A DNA stretch of 51,850 nt, counting the filler, from Sphacelaria rigidula (lineage: Eukaryota): NCBI GenBank assembly GCA_964200075.2. It is 4 parts of 4 records of this genome, joined end to end, with 100 filler letters (N's around TTAATTAATTAA, not from the genome) between each part and the next. Parts side by side here need not be neighbours in the genome. Positions count along the whole stretch, not along the records: positions 1 to 12,888 come from CAXNAA020003332.1; positions 12,989 to 25,876 come from CAXNAA020003333.1; 2 more parts are not named here. One strand, 5' to 3'. Numbering within the stretch: position 1 is the stretch's first letter; every line of letters begins with the position of its first letter. The notes below the pieces were generated by a model. The model was not told the origin of the DNA. It did not search any database and saw nothing but the letters and a program-made list of their open reading frames with translations. A program made the translations under genes and the position numbers. Positions 10,787 through 23,997 of this stretch are shown in pieces.

Positions 10787-11609
10787 TCAGGTAAAACTAA
10801 TGTCGAACACTATTATCTTGGTGGATCCCTACATGAGAAGGTAATCAACCATCTTCCGGTCGATGTGCGCTGGCGCCTCCCCCCAGCGTTGGTGACGACG
10901 TCCGTCAGCTCCGAGACCGGCGGCTACTTCTTCGGATTCATGCTATGATAGGCGGGGGGGGTGCTTCAGGTCGTTTCTGCCGCAAAAGTCCACTTCAAAT
11001 CATCATTGGAAGCAGCGATGGCTATTCGAATGCGCTTGTAACGGTTAATAACACTCCTTCATACTCGTACTACTGCTTCACGCCGTTTATACAAGCACAT
11101 CGCGAGTTTGCTAGGTCGTTTCATAAATCTACGAGCCTTCTTTTTCGTCAAATCGAACACCCCGCCCCCCATCGCAACATGCCTCTTCGAGGACTACTTT
11201 ACGTATGACGGAGTTAAAATCGTTCGCGCAGTTCGGAGTAATGAGGCAGTGTCCTACGTGGCGATGTGCTTTTGTGATGCATCATTCGTGGCCCACAGGC
11301 ACCGCTACGTCGTATTGCCGATCTGGCAGGTTGATGTTCTGAAGCACTCGTCTATCGTGACTGGCCGCCCCCGACGCTCAAGTACTCCGCATGGAGTTTC
11401 TCACGCAGATCACGCGCGTGTTTCGCCAAGCACGGCAAGGATGTTCTGCAAGAGATACTTCCTACGATACCCTCTCCCTCCTAAACGTGCCTGGTTTGTT
11501 GTTGTTGTTGCTGCTGTTGTTGTCTTCACATTAAAAACCGTTGCGAAATCTGCGCGGTACATTCGTACTGGGCATCTATCTAATGCGGACACCTTCCGTG
11601 GTCACAGGC

Positions 11610-12888
11610 TAGCAAAAACAAAAAATATATAGACCTGGATTCAAACTCACAAAAAGCGATACAAGCAAAACAGGCATAAATAATCAAGAAGAAAGAGAAT
11701 ATATATGGCTAACCTCAGAAGATCCGGTGCCGCAGGTGGCCATTCGGACTTCAGGGGGTGGCACCTGGCCTTCCAGTTCGACGCGCGACGCCAAGTAGAA
11801 ATGAACATAGGGTTCGACTACGGGCAAGACTCAAGGCCCCAAATACCGCCAACCAAAGAGCTCAGAATCGCAAGGTTCCATCTTTTGACCTTTCAAGGAA
11901 CAGCCATGCGTACAAGCATACCAGGTGTATCAAGACAAGCACCGCGTGACATAACGACACCCCTCATCGGGGGGGTTCACCCCCCACCCCCCCGCTTCTC
12001 TGGACGGTCGTCATTGCTGTGCTATTTGGGCTTCGTTGGTCTCCTGTCCAATCCGCACGCAGTCGGCTGGTCTCCTCTTCATCTCTGTGCCATGAGGTCA
12101 TGAACCTTTCCGCTCCCTGCAGCACTCCCGCGTGCCATGGCAACCCCCCCTACTGAATTACTGCTGAGGTCCATAGGGCGCGGTCAATTCCGAATGTCTG
12201 GCGGTTATCGTTCGTAGAGCCGTCTGTGGCTCCGAAAGCGTGGAGATCGTCTCTCAGGCACTTCAGCCAGTTTTGTTCCGGGCACCCTGGTCCTGGACCC
12301 TCCCTCCCGACTAGTGTTCCGAATACTATTCGCTTCGGTAATCGTCCGTCCGATTGTCTAGCCAGGGCTCCCGCGAACAGCGGTCCTCGTTGCCGGACGA
12401 TGGCTTCGGCACTTTGGCATCCGGTCTTCTTGAGGGCCTGTGCATACTGCAGCTGTCCGTATGTGCCGCGCACTCGGTGGTACTCGATAACTCGCAGGAG
12501 GAGCCGGTAGTGCACCTTTCTAAGCAAGTCGTAGTGCTCGCGGCGCAGGGCCCACGTCATGCGTCCGTATAGTAGGGCCTCTATCTCCTCCGCTTTTAGC
12601 AGTCGGATCTTGAGTCTCCATGGTGCTTTCGGCCGGTCAAAGAGCTCCCGGGAGAACTTCCTGATGCACGCTCACGCTGCTCTGCTCCGATTGTTGATTT
12701 CTTGCTTGAGGTCGCCCTCTTCGTTGACGAGCCCGCCCGAGTATCGGAAACTACTTTTCTGGGCGTATTTCTGGCCCGATGCTTCGATGATCAGCGGTGG
12801 GGAAGATGGTGTTGGTGACTCCCCCTTCTTTGGTGCTTGCCTCGGCACTCGCGTCAGGAGAGTCTCCGTCTTCTTCTCCGATACGGTC
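11610..12888 (-). mobile_element. RTE-like non-LTR retrotransposon (LINE) 3' portion, inactivated, truncated by the segment end
   Basis: Minus-strand TVSEKKTETL...FRYSGGLVNEEGDLKQEINNRSRAA*ACIRK...EALLYGRMTW...RLPKRIVFGTL...NWLKCLRDDL matches the RT thumb and C-terminus of RTE-clade elements. One in-frame stop. The T-rich 3' boundary is approximate. Confidence 0.85.
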
Positions 12889-12988
12889 NNNNNNNNNNNN
12901 NNNNNNNNNNNNNNNNNNNNNNNNNNNNNNNNTTAATTAATTAANNNNNNNNNNNNNNNNNNNNNNNNNNNNNNNNNNNNNNNNNNNN
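12889..12988. other. Artificial contig spacer N44-TTAATTAATTAA-N44
   Basis: Six-frame-stop linker flanked by 44 N on each side; occurs three times in the window. Confidence 0.97.
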
Positions 12989-13260
12989 ATCGATGGATGG
13001 CTCACCAAACCTGTTGATAACGGCAATGACTATCGATGGATGTGTCACCAAACCTATTGATTACGGCAATGACTATCGATATATACAACCCAGAATCTAT
13101 TGCGGTACACCATTTCCATCGATGGGGAGTGATCTTCATCTATTGTAATTGCCGTAGGCTATCGATCGACTATTGCAACATCTATTGTTCATTGCAATGC
13201 ATATCAATAGATGTCTTTCACCATCTATCGTGTTCGTAATATATATCGATAGATTTTTCC
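12989..13260. repeat. ATCGAT-rich degenerate tandem repeat (43-bp unit at the start)
   Basis: atcgatggatggctcaccaaacctgttgataacggcaatgact is followed by a near-identical unit, then further ATCGAT-containing degenerate units. Confidence 0.7.
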
Positions 13261-13382
13261 CCGTGTCTATTGCTGAAGCAATGAATTATTATTGTGTCCA
13301 TTGTCCAGGGTGTGATCATTTTGTGGGGGGTGCGGGGTGGAGATCGTCAACTCCGAGCGAAGGGGGTGATCGTAGTATGCAT

Positions 13383-13810
13383 TGTTTACATTGAGACAGC
13401 CATGAGGCAGTGTGGAACCCGTGGTTGTCTGTGGAAGTAGCGATACCAGAAAATGAAGCAATTCATGAGAGGCTGTCGCGCAAATGCAAGATAATTGGCA
13501 AGCTTCGGGCCGAGTAATCTCCGCAAGACGCAGATAACCCCTCACGCGACTGTCCATTGACCTGACATCCCTAAAAAGTCGGGATGGAGCACGCTAGCAA
13601 TCAATCACCAAGCCCCAAGCACCGTGACGTGTTCGGCGAGTCGCATGAAGGGTGAGCTGCATCCTGCTGAGATTGTTCGGCCCTAAGCATACTAAACTAT
13701 CTTGCAAATGGGGGACAGCCTCCAATGAGTTGCTCCTTTTTCTGGTACAGTTACTTTCAGAGACAGTCACGGGTTCCACACTGCCTCGTGGGCGTCTCAC
13801 CATTAAAACA
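13383..13810. mobile_element. Diverged foldback element TGTT...AACA with ~160-bp inverted arms
   Basis: gaggcagtgtggaacccgtg pairs with cacgggttccacactgcctc; similarity extends over ~13383-13545 vs ~13650-13810. Confidence 0.65.
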
Positions 13811-13819
13811 CCACGTAGT

Positions 13820-15237
13820 ACAGGCTGGTTCACGATAAAGACCCAAAATTATGTCATCAGCAAATGCCTTCCGCAATACGCACCCAATAGTCGCATACAA
13901 GGTATCACACTGACCGCGATGAACAGACGAAGAGGGTGAAATAGCCGGATTTTTGTTCAAGGCTACAGAGGTGGGGCTATGGACAAAAACGTGTCTCGAT
14001 CAATCACCGCCTTTTAAAAATTGTTCTGAAATGGAAAAACACGAATTCCAAGCCGCTTTCCCACCGAATCTCCACATGCTTCAAATCGTTGTAACCGTCA
14101 TCAGCTTCGGAATCCAACGGTGCAAATTTTGGTCGAGAAACTCGAAAATATCATACAGCTTTTCTTGCCTTGACGTAAAATTCACCCAAGAAAGGCGTTT
14201 TCATACTAAAACCAAGTAGTTGGGAGTTTGCACGTTTCAAGCTCACGTCCTCGAAAAAACGCGCAAAACTTCACGCAGTTATTAGGAGTTAGACCCTGAG
14301 ACTATGCAAAAAAATGTGCTACGGGTCATTACGCAAGTTTCGATTGACGAGATTTTTCTACTTGACTTGGATACCGTTTTTCGGGGGTCAGACGGGATCC
14401 AAGTCGTTTATTCCAAGTCGTCTCTATTCTGGGACCCCGGAAAGCCGGCTCTACGATCGTTTTTTCATTTTTTCGCAGACGCCCTGTCGCCGCAAAACCC
14501 AAGGAAAAGCCCCACAAAAATTCGTGGCCGAAATCGATCAACTACTGCTTGAATTTTCATGTTCACGTCAAAGAAGGCAAAAAAAACGCCATGTTTATTC
14601 TGAAATCTAGTGGGTGGCGGTTTCACCGTGGCACGGCGAGGTTCGTCGCACGAACGCGAAAAACTTCACGCCGTTTTGAAGAGTTGGACACTGAAATTTT
14701 GCAGAAATGTTCTATGGATAATTACGCAACTTTGGACGATCCAGTTTTTTTTTTTAGCCGTTTTACGGGGGTCGGACTGGATCGGAGTTTCCCTGAAATA
14801 CGGTGAAAAAGTAAAACATGGAAAAAAAAATCTACTTTTGAAAGTCGCGTAATAACCATAAATCACCTGTGCAAAATTTCAGGGTCTAACTCCTTCAAAC
14901 GGCGTAAAGTTTTGACGGTGAGTGTTTTGTGGGTCTTTTTCCGTGAAGCAGCCTGTTGTAACCATATATTGTCCAGGGTGTGGAAAAGTCTGGACGAAAA
15001 TTCTAACCAGTACACATGGATCTATAGGATACCAGTGCGGCCTCTGGCGGATGTCGCATCAGAAATCACCCGGAGCTTCTTCCGCGCGCCATCAAAGTTT
15101 TCATGGAACCTTCCACGATCTTGGATCAAGACGCCATTCATCCAGAACTTGCATAAAAGGAATATGATGGTTTGGATCAAAGGTAAAATCACACTTGTCA
15201 ATCTTATGGAATACAACATCTTATAGCCTACGCTGTA
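13820..15237. mobile_element. Non-coding interspersed repeat, probable non-autonomous DNA transposon (homologous to 48732-49654)
   Basis: 13887-14120 aligns with 48797-49035 (aatagtcgca...gaagagggtg..atagc.ggatt...gttcaagg...atgcttcaaatcgt). The right boundary is tentative. Confidence 0.5.
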
Positions 15238-15807
15238 CCATAGACTACGAAGACAACGCAAAGTTGGTTCTCTGATTCAGGCGGTTCATGGATTGATTCG
15301 ATTGATCGATTGTCGCACTTGAACTGACCCCTAAGGGGTCCAGTCGTGATCGCATAATAGACGTACGTACCCAAGAAAAGCAAAACTGAAACACTCGCTG
15401 AAGAAAAGAAAGAACAGAAAAAAGTCGAACAGAACGACATGGTAGACTAAGGCTACTTTTTATGTGCAAAAAAAAACGTGATAAAAAAAGCCGTTTTTCA
15501 ACAGCACGTTTTGCAACATAACTTTTTGTAGTCGCCCTTCTTACGTGATTAATGCTATCAACGTTAAAAAAGCAGTGTTCGTCGTTCTCTACAAGGCGTG
15601 TGGGCACATAGTTTCAAATCCTGGGGCGCGCGAGAGCGACGCATCACTCTGCTGTCGTGTCGTGGTGCACGGTCCGCACTGTCTGTCTGTACTACTGTAA
15701 TATATTGACCGAGCAATACGTGGTGGGCTGCGTGACGCAAGACGAGCAAGAAAAACACCACCTTGCTGTACCAAGTAACTGTAGAGCTGACGGTTGGCTT
15801 TTACGCC

Positions 15808-16278
15808 ACACCGTAGTACTCGATTGTACGGACAGTATGGACACCGGTGGAGACAGTGCTGTGTTGTATGCATTGGCTGTAGTACTACAACAGTAGCACT
15901 ATCCATAGGGCAACAGTAGAGACAGTGCTCTGTTGCATGTATTGGGTGTAGTACTACGACAGTAGCACTATTCATAGTCTTGTGTGCACCGTTAGTACGG
16001 TCCTGTATCTAAAAGGCTTGCGTTGTATGGCAACGTCTGTTCGCAACACGCTGCATGCACAGACCTGAACTGAGCTGCAATTTCGCTGCACCGTAGCACT
16101 CGATTGTATGCATTGTATATACTACAGTAGTAGTAGCACTACCTATCTTGATAGTCTTGTGTGTACTGTCAGTCCGGTCCTGTCTCTACAAGGCTTGGGT
16201 GCGTGGGCAGCCTGTAAAGCATTGCGACGGCTGTTCGTAACACTCTGCCTGCACCGACCTGAGGTGAGCTACAATATT
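15808..16278. repeat. Degenerate tandem duplication (~280-bp period, with an internal ~70-bp duplication)
   Basis: ccgtag.actcgattgta, gtagcacta, atagtcttgtgtg, cggtcctgt and aaggcttg recur in the same order. Confidence 0.65.
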
Positions 16279-17134
16279 GTACGGGCTACACATAGACTGC
16301 CCTGTCTGTACAGCATTCATCATCGACCCTGCCCTGTGCTATTCTCGTGGGGTAAAGGACCATCACGCTACTGGCGAACGAACGACAATGATGCAGCACG
16401 CTGAATGCCCGCGAGCACCAGCGACAGAAGTAGTGATTGCAGCCAAGCCATCACAGGTGCTGTCGTGGGCTGTAGGGTGTGTTCAAATGCTTCTTCAGTA
16501 ACATTTGTTTTTAGCCCAAGGCTATAAGAAAATCACGATTTTCTGATCACATAAGAAGTCGGTTTTTGGCCTGTTATCCGACAACGCGTTTTCTGGCACT
16601 GTTTTTCTTTTACATAAGAATTAGCCTAAGACGTGAAAAAAAAAAGGAGAGATTGAAACGTAAATAAAAGCAAAGCACAGAAAGGTTGACGGCTCAAAAA
16701 GCTCAAAAAGCTACGCGCTGGCGTTCAAGATTGGCTTATGGCTCTCGCCGGGGGCAGGTTCTCTATTTCATCTTCGTTGGAGGGTGTGTTGTTGGTTCTA
16801 CAAAACAGTACCTACACCCCAAACACCACCGGCAAGCGAATCTTGGCCAAAACAGTATCTTAGGCTACAGAACTAAATGCGAGAAAGGCGCAGTACCATG
16901 GCACAGTTGATGTGTTAATGCCAGAGGTTGATGTCTGGAAGAACTTCACAAGCTGCTCGCCGGCGTGCAAAATAAGTACCTAGATCTCACATATCTTGTA
17001 TTCTTGGCGTTCCCTCGGAATTTACGTGACTTGTTATTATAGTATACTGTAAGGCACATTAAGCGGCAATCTGTTCATGAATGGTACATTATAATTATGA
17101 ACGAAACCGCACACCCCCTGTATTGATCCTACAA

Positions 17135-17592
17135 TAGAATGATGCACTGAACTGACAGCTATGCAACAGTGCAATCTGGCTGTCTACCGTCATGGTAGTC
17201 GACAAGATATAGTGCAGTGGATGTACGCAGCTCTTATCCCCCTGCAATCGTGGTCGATGAAGCCCTACGGACTTGGCTCGTTGACTTCTTGGAAACGCGT
17301 GTGTTGAAATAGCCTGTGGGTGCAAGCGCAACAACTTTAGTTTAGGTTACCCGTCTGTACTGAGTGTGCTCCTGGTGGAAACAAATGATGCGCTGCACTG
17401 CGGCCTGCAGCAATGGTGTTACTGTCGAATGTCATGATTGTGTACAAGATGGATAATACTGGGTGAACACAACTCTCACAACATACATCGTTGTTGATGA
17501 GGGCTTGAGACTTGGCTCATCATTGACCGCTGTCCACGCGCTTGTATTGTGACGGTCTGTGGGTGCAAGAATAACATGTTTGGTTCAGCTCG
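17135..17592. repeat. Diverged tandem duplication (~245-bp unit)
   Basis: aatgatgc.ctg.actg, acaagat, gacttggctc and ctgtgggtgcaag each occur twice in register. Confidence 0.6.
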
Positions 17593-18638
17593 ACACGGCT
17601 GAGGGGTCCTACACACTGCACGGCGTGAACCGCTCCCCTCAAGCTGGGGAAAAAGCTCATTATGTGCAAGGCTGAGGGGGGGACGCACCCTGGAGATATC
17701 ATAGACAATGGCAACAGTAGGCACTATACAGTACGCAAAATACAGTGGGGGCACCATCACAGTTCGTAGTTCTACCATGACGCAGGGCCAAACCACTGTG
17801 CGGGGTTCCACCTAGTGCGATCATACATGGTTGGCAACCCGCCGCATCATAATACTATTTTCGAACCCCCTACTACACGTGAGTACTGCACTGCACTGAC
17901 TGTACGGTAGATACTAGTACAATGCACTACGGCATGTGGTGAGAGTCAGTTTATTTCTGGTGGCGTGTAGGAGGATATGTTAGTACAGCGGCTGATTATA
18001 TATTGCAGTCTTGTTGCAGTATGCAGTGCGTTTCCCAATCTATCGCGCGACAAGGAAGTCATGATCCAGCGGCCAAAATCTCACGGCGAAAACGACACCA
18101 AAATTCCTCGTGCGTGAGCTGCTCACGTACAGGCGAACACCGGGTGGTGAAGGCGCTGTTCAGTTTTGCATACTGGTGGAGGAACAGGAAAATAGTCACA
18201 TTTCTGCCCGAGTTTGTTATCTCATTCTCGACGGTCTTGGGGGGAAGAGCGGCGCGCGGGGGGGTGATTCACAGCCTGCAGTTGGTTGTACCTCTTGACA
18301 TGGCACCTTAAAGCGGCCATTTGTTGAAAATAAGCGTCATCCCATTCCTATCGTATTTTGTAGTGGTTCATTGCACCGTGTGTTCACAATTTCAATGCGA
18401 ACGAAATTTCTACACGTGATACACTCGTTCACTGAGCTAAATCCATGCCATCTGGAAAGGTGCGCCAAAAATCAACGCCCCATGTCCCCGAGTGCCACTA
18501 TCAAAGTTTGGCATTCCGCGGTCATCCAACACGCCAATTTTGTTCGCCCCCGCCCCCCCCCCCCCAACATGTATGCGGCGTGACAGGTGTGTTGATTCAT
18601 GGGCAACACCATATTCACCACCCTACGAACAAATCCTT

Positions 18639-18893
18639 CACGGTTCGGACGAATCATCGCCGTCGAAACACCAAATCCACGATTTCTTAGGCCTGATGAA
18701 TCAAAAGAGAGAAAAAGGTGGACCGCTAGTCAAATAGGTCCCCACGCAACTTTTGCGCCGTTCCACGTGCCTGGGCTGCAAGTACCTGGGTTGCAACGCT
18801 GAGAACAAAGCGCAAGGATTGATTCGTCCGTACGAATCAATCACACTAAAATCAAGCAAATTCCGGACGAATCATGAATTCGTCCGACCCTTG
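18639..18893. mobile_element. MITE with CACGGTTCGGACGAAT-type TIRs; family members are split at 38964-39031 and 51807-51850
   Basis: Left end cacggttcggacgaatcat, right end atgaattcgtccgacccttg; internal caccaaatccac and actaaaa.caag.aa.tt are shared with the other copies. Confidence 0.7.
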
Positions 18894-20905
18894 GAATCTT
18901 TGGCGTTCGTGCCAAGTGTGAAAACATCCCGGTCGCGCTCATCTTTGAAGGGACGGTGCTGATACAGCCAAGAAAAAACGAACAGGTGCAACATATTTTA
19001 CCCTCGCCGATTTTTTTATCAGCACTACAGCTAGTGGAATAAGCAGTATATTTCCTATGGGAAAATGAAATAATTCAAATGTGTTCCAGAACCTGTTCAC
19101 CGAGCGTTTTTTTCCCTTCAGATTCCAACACAATTGTACGCGATGGACTTCCTTCAGAACTAGCTACACATGCACCGCTATGCATGTACGAAGATGTCAG
19201 CAGGTAAGTAGAATGATACATGCACACAAATACACGCAACCAACCGCACACCCAATTCTTCGAGCCATGAAAAAATGCTGCTGCACGACCATCTGCTAAA
19301 AACCCCCATTCGCGATACTCCTGCAAAGCGTCCATGTCCTTTCAGCTTTCAGCGTCCATCTACATCCGACACAAACAAGCGGGACTGTCAGCGGACAAAA
19401 TCTCGGAATAGAAAGCATGGAGTTCAAAGGCTAAACTTATGTGTTCGAGAGGGATGGTGGGTTAAATGGTGCAAACAGTACAACATTCTCGCGATGTCTT
19501 TGGCGACACCGGGGGAAAATTCGTTGTCGGAAGTCGACGGTGTAAGAGGCATGTGGGCAATCGCCTTACCATGTCCCGATGCCGCTGTACTACTGACGAA
19601 ACTCAGTCTCCCACCTGTCTATACAACAGCTGGTTCAGTCTCTCCTTCGCCAATAATCTCACCATGTTCGAACGAAGGGTGGTGTTCTGAATATCCCCCG
19701 GCAGCACGCTCTTATTTACCGTGGTCCTTTCCGTCCACTGTCGGCCTCGAAATCTTTGGAGGGAGGGACAGTACAATGCAGAAGGACAGTGCTTAACGTC
19801 CAGTACGATTGGAATATAATTTAGTGTGGTGCGTGGCACGTTTAGAATATGACTTAGACAAGATAAGTTAGGTGGCAAATGCTCGATATGTCGCGCTGTT
19901 TTAGCCTCTACAGCACACAGCATATTGCTAATGATGAAACAAAAATACTCTGACCTGGCCCCGCGTCCGCTACAACACACTGCTGCACTACGGCTGCTTG
20001 GCTGAAGCCATACAATCCACACGATTCCCGCCCCCCCCCCGCTGTTGTTTCATGTCCCTTCCACTCTCATTAAACTCGTCAGAGTCTTCCCTGTCTTCCT
20101 GTGGATACATCAACGACAATAGCGAAGGCGCCTTCTCGTCGCCGTCGTCCTCGGACTCCAGATCAAGGAGCAGCTCGAGCGACGGAGTAGGCGACGTTGT
20201 CCCCACCACGCGCAGGTTTACGCAGGTGGAAAAACGTAAAAACCTTCCGTGGCAATACAAAGTCAAGTTAGCGATACAGTCATGACGAATGGCGGTATTG
20301 TGGTCATCGCTCCCTCTCTGGATCATTGCCATGTTACGATTTACGCCCTTTATGTTTGTACGAGATGCGGGGATATTTGAGCAGCCGTGCCGCACTGGTA
20401 GGAATGGTGCACACTGATCTCGAGGATCACTACGTCTATGATGCAAGTAGTAATATCCTGTCTTCGTTTTCCCACCCTCTGTAGTAATATCCAGTAGAAC
20501 AGAGCGAAAAAGTTCATACTCGTACAAGCGCGTCGACAAAACTTGATGGTTGAAACACCGATTGTCGCACAGAGTGGTGAGCACACTGACATTTGAATCT
20601 GTAGGGGGCTGACAGTCGCCAGCGTACAGAGTCAACACTCTTTCTCAAACGCACACGTTGCGCAAGGCACTCCCTGAATCCCCCTTACTCGAGGGTTTTT
20701 CGTTTCAGGTGGGCGTTGGGGTACAGGTGTTGAGGATGGACAAAAGCACAAGGACGAGTCAACCCTCGATTTTTGGTGATGGGTAGGGTGATTTTACTCT
20801 GTATTTTCTATGGTCTCAACCCTGATCCCGTCGATCGATTTTTGCGTACTGACACCTGATAGAAATATGTAGTGCTGTGAATCCTGTGTTTTTACCGCAC
20901 GTCAG

Positions 20906-23113
20906 GCAGGGATAACAACAGGACGTGGGAGACGACATCAAGCCTTCGCCGAGTGCACCACCCGCAAGGCTCATGAGTGGTACATTCGGTTTGATGACAC
21001 GCATCAAGTGTGGCACTTGGCTCCTGTTATTTATCCTTGCGACAAAGAGGCCGTAAAAAAAGCGGGGCAACACAACTGTAATCACACTGTGGGAGGGAAC
21101 ACAGCATATAGCAGTAGCAGCAGCCGCGAGCATGCTCCAGGCAGTGTTCCCTTCGAAAGGAAGGAATTGAACAATCACAGAGAATCGGACGTACCCAGCG
21201 CTTCTAGCAGCGGCACTACTTTGAAAGAGGTGGTGAGCGATCACGACATAAGTATCCTAACTACTGCTGCCGCGAGTACTGCTTCCGTGGCGGGCCGACC
21301 AAGGGGGGTCGAAGATGTAACAAGAAGCCGTATCAACAACGACCCTGCTTCAGCCCCTGCCGACGGGGCGAAAGACAAAATCGCTGAGCCAACGACAGGG
21401 TCTGTCCACCTGCAAGATGAAGCACGCAAGACACCGAGTCGTTCGAGCGTCTCGGATTTTGATCAGGACTGCATCAAAGACGCTCGTGAGGGACTGCCAC
21501 CTGACGGTGTGACAAAGAGCCGCACTGCCGATGATGGCACGGTGCTGGTAAACTTCCCGCAAGCAAGCGGAGGCGGAACGTCAGTTCACGCCACAGTACC
21601 TCATCATGACTTATATGACGAAGAAGGCGAACACGACGATAGTGGCGCCCAGACCGAAGCGGCCACTTGTCGCCCCAACGCGGATATAAGCGAAAACGAT
21701 GCGATGAGTTTAAGGCGGAAATCTGACTCTGCAGTTGGTAGTTATGAAAATCGTGAACAAACGAGCTGTAGCACTCTCGGTGCTGTCGTTCCAAAGCATG
21801 ACACTGAAGACGAAAATAAAGATGTAATGGCGGTACCAGGGACGAAACTCGCTGATAGTGAAGCAAACCCTTCAAGAATGGACCAGCTGCCACCTAAAGA
21901 GCAAAATATGAAGGATTCAGCAGCTTGCCGCAAGACTAGGGAGAGTATCCCTGATAATGCTGCTAGCGGTCCTATTAGACAACTCTTAATAAATGCCCAA
22001 GGTGGTGGCAGGGGCGGTAGTGACGATGGTGGTGCTCAGGATAGAGCGATATTTTTGCAGGACGCTGCTAGAGCAGGTCTGGCCAGCCATACAGCTGGGA
22101 AGAGTTCCGATCCTGCCGCTGTTACTACCTGTGCCAGCAGCAAAATGGCACCATCGACAACAAGAAGCGTACCAAAGATACCAAAGCATGTCATGCATCT
22201 CCAGCCCGGAGGCAGTCAAGAGCATCGCGAGAAGGTGTACGGTAGTAACCAGGGCCAAACGCTCGCACCAACGTTGAGAGCCGGAGGCGTATCGGAAAAG
22301 GTCGTTTCGCCTTCTTCTGCGGACATTATCTCGGAAGCGAGATGGCGTGGGCAGCCGGTCAGCATTCACGGTCGTACTACTACCTGCGTTGTTTTTCGTG
22401 GAATGCGTGGGAAAATTCTCGCAAGCCAGTATGCCGAATCAGGCTGCGCGACATCAACACCGTCGAGCCTCAAGAGTGAAAACAAGCAGATTATCCCTTT
22501 CCCAGAAGACGTTGGCGAGAGTATGAGCAGGGCTGGCTCCCGTGAAGGAATACATGATATGGCAGGAGCTGGTGATGGCAGCAAAGATGTTGACATGGAA
22601 TGTCTTCACCTCGATCTATCCCCACATGCCACACGTGAAAGGTATGCCGAGTTGAAAGGCGAAGCGTTGCCGATTCCCGAAGCAGAAACTAGAGGAGTAG
22701 GATCGAATAATGTCCCCACGAAAAGCAACGCGTTCTGGCGTCAAGCACGGCCCGAATTTTTTCTAAGGGATGCGTACGTCGGACCTCCTGTGGCAGTTGG
22801 GTTTCCTCGTGCGTGGTCGAAGGGTGAAACCGTTATGATGGCTGCTGAAGAAAGGGGTAGCAGTGCTGGGAGAAGCTCCCGGTGGCGTGCTCTTGGTAGG
22901 CGACACGGAAGTCGAAGTCACAGAAAGCCTAGGAGAAACCGCGGGAGAAAGATGAAAGGAGAATCTACTTCTACTTCAGAAGATAAGGCGTGCAACAGCA
23001 ACAGCGGCAGTGGTAGCGACGATAGTGATGACGATGATAGATGGAGTGTCACAGACGAGAAGGAAATTGCTATCATAAAACACTGCGAGGAGACGACAAG
23101 CAGTGTGCGAAAG
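20906..23113 (+). CDS. Large (736-codon) internal exon of an uncharacterised, mostly disordered protein; possible upstream exon 20083-20225
   Basis: The frame is open from acceptor ...cgcacgtcAG (20905) to donor AAG|GTACAT (23113). S/G/D/A-rich, with a basic stretch RRHGSRSHRKPRRNRGRK followed by an acidic patch. N-terminal HEWYIRFDDTHQVW. Confidence 0.7.
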
Positions 23114-23460
23114 GTACATTTGTCCTCGAGCTGCGGATCTCAGGACACACGAGCACAGCGGAAATGAGCACGCGCGGGAGGTCTCACGTCGGTGCAGCTT
23201 TTCAATAGTCGTAGTTTTGAAAGGGCATATAAGGGGCAAACGAGTGACCGCAGTGTGCAGTAGCGGGCTTTCATTGAGTAAGGATATTTTCACGATCAGT
23301 AAAATCGGGCGATTTCCGAGAGGCAAAGAGATTTGGTGTGAAGATACATTTCGGGTATTTCACGCGTGAACAAAGGGGAGTCTTGCCGGGATGCGGCAAT
23401 ATATTTGGTTGCGGTTATCCTGTATCTCCCCCTCCCTCCAGCCTCCAGAATAACGAACTT

Positions 23461-23997
23461 GAAATCCCAACACACCAGGAAGTTGTGGATTGTGGGTGTT
23501 TCGGGGCGATGCTTAACGTTTTGGGAAAACGCATATTGTGGAGACAATGCGGATGGCTACGTGTTTTTCTTTTTACATACATATTATGTGCACAATCGGT
23601 AGACACCGGGCTACAGGGCTTCCAATTTTCGGGTCTTGACATGCTGCTACTCAGTCGCCAGATACATCGTGTGTCTGTGTGTTGTCATCCCATCAATTTA
23701 ATTTTCGACGCTGGTGTACACCTTTCGGTACATGTGGGAGCATCAGCCGGGGTCACAGAGGAGGAATGTGGACACAGGAAATTTTATTCAATATCTGTAC
23801 TTATTATGGTCAACTCCGTGTGAGTGGCTTGGGTGTGGCTCCTTGATACCAGGCTGCGGACCCAGCAGCCTGAATATGATCACGAAATACTAACACACCA
23901 GGAACTTGTGGAATGGAATGATTCCGAGGCGTTGCCCAATGTATAGGAAAACGAATACTGGGGAGACTATGCAGATGGCTATGTGTGTTTTTTGTTT
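23461..23997. repeat. Pair of ~115-bp direct repeats (23461-23575 and 23884-23997)
   Basis: gaaat.c.aacacaccaggaa.ttgtgga ... ggaaaacg ... ggagac.atgc.gatggcta.gtgt occurs twice. Confidence 0.6.

Noticed and set aside
10909-11632. Next exon of the SGNH-like gene
   Set aside because: Several frames are possible, the acceptors are weak and no motif is recognisable.
12889-12988. TTAATTAATTAA as a biological motif or piggyBac site
   Set aside because: It is identical three times and centred in 44+44 N, so it is an assembly linker.
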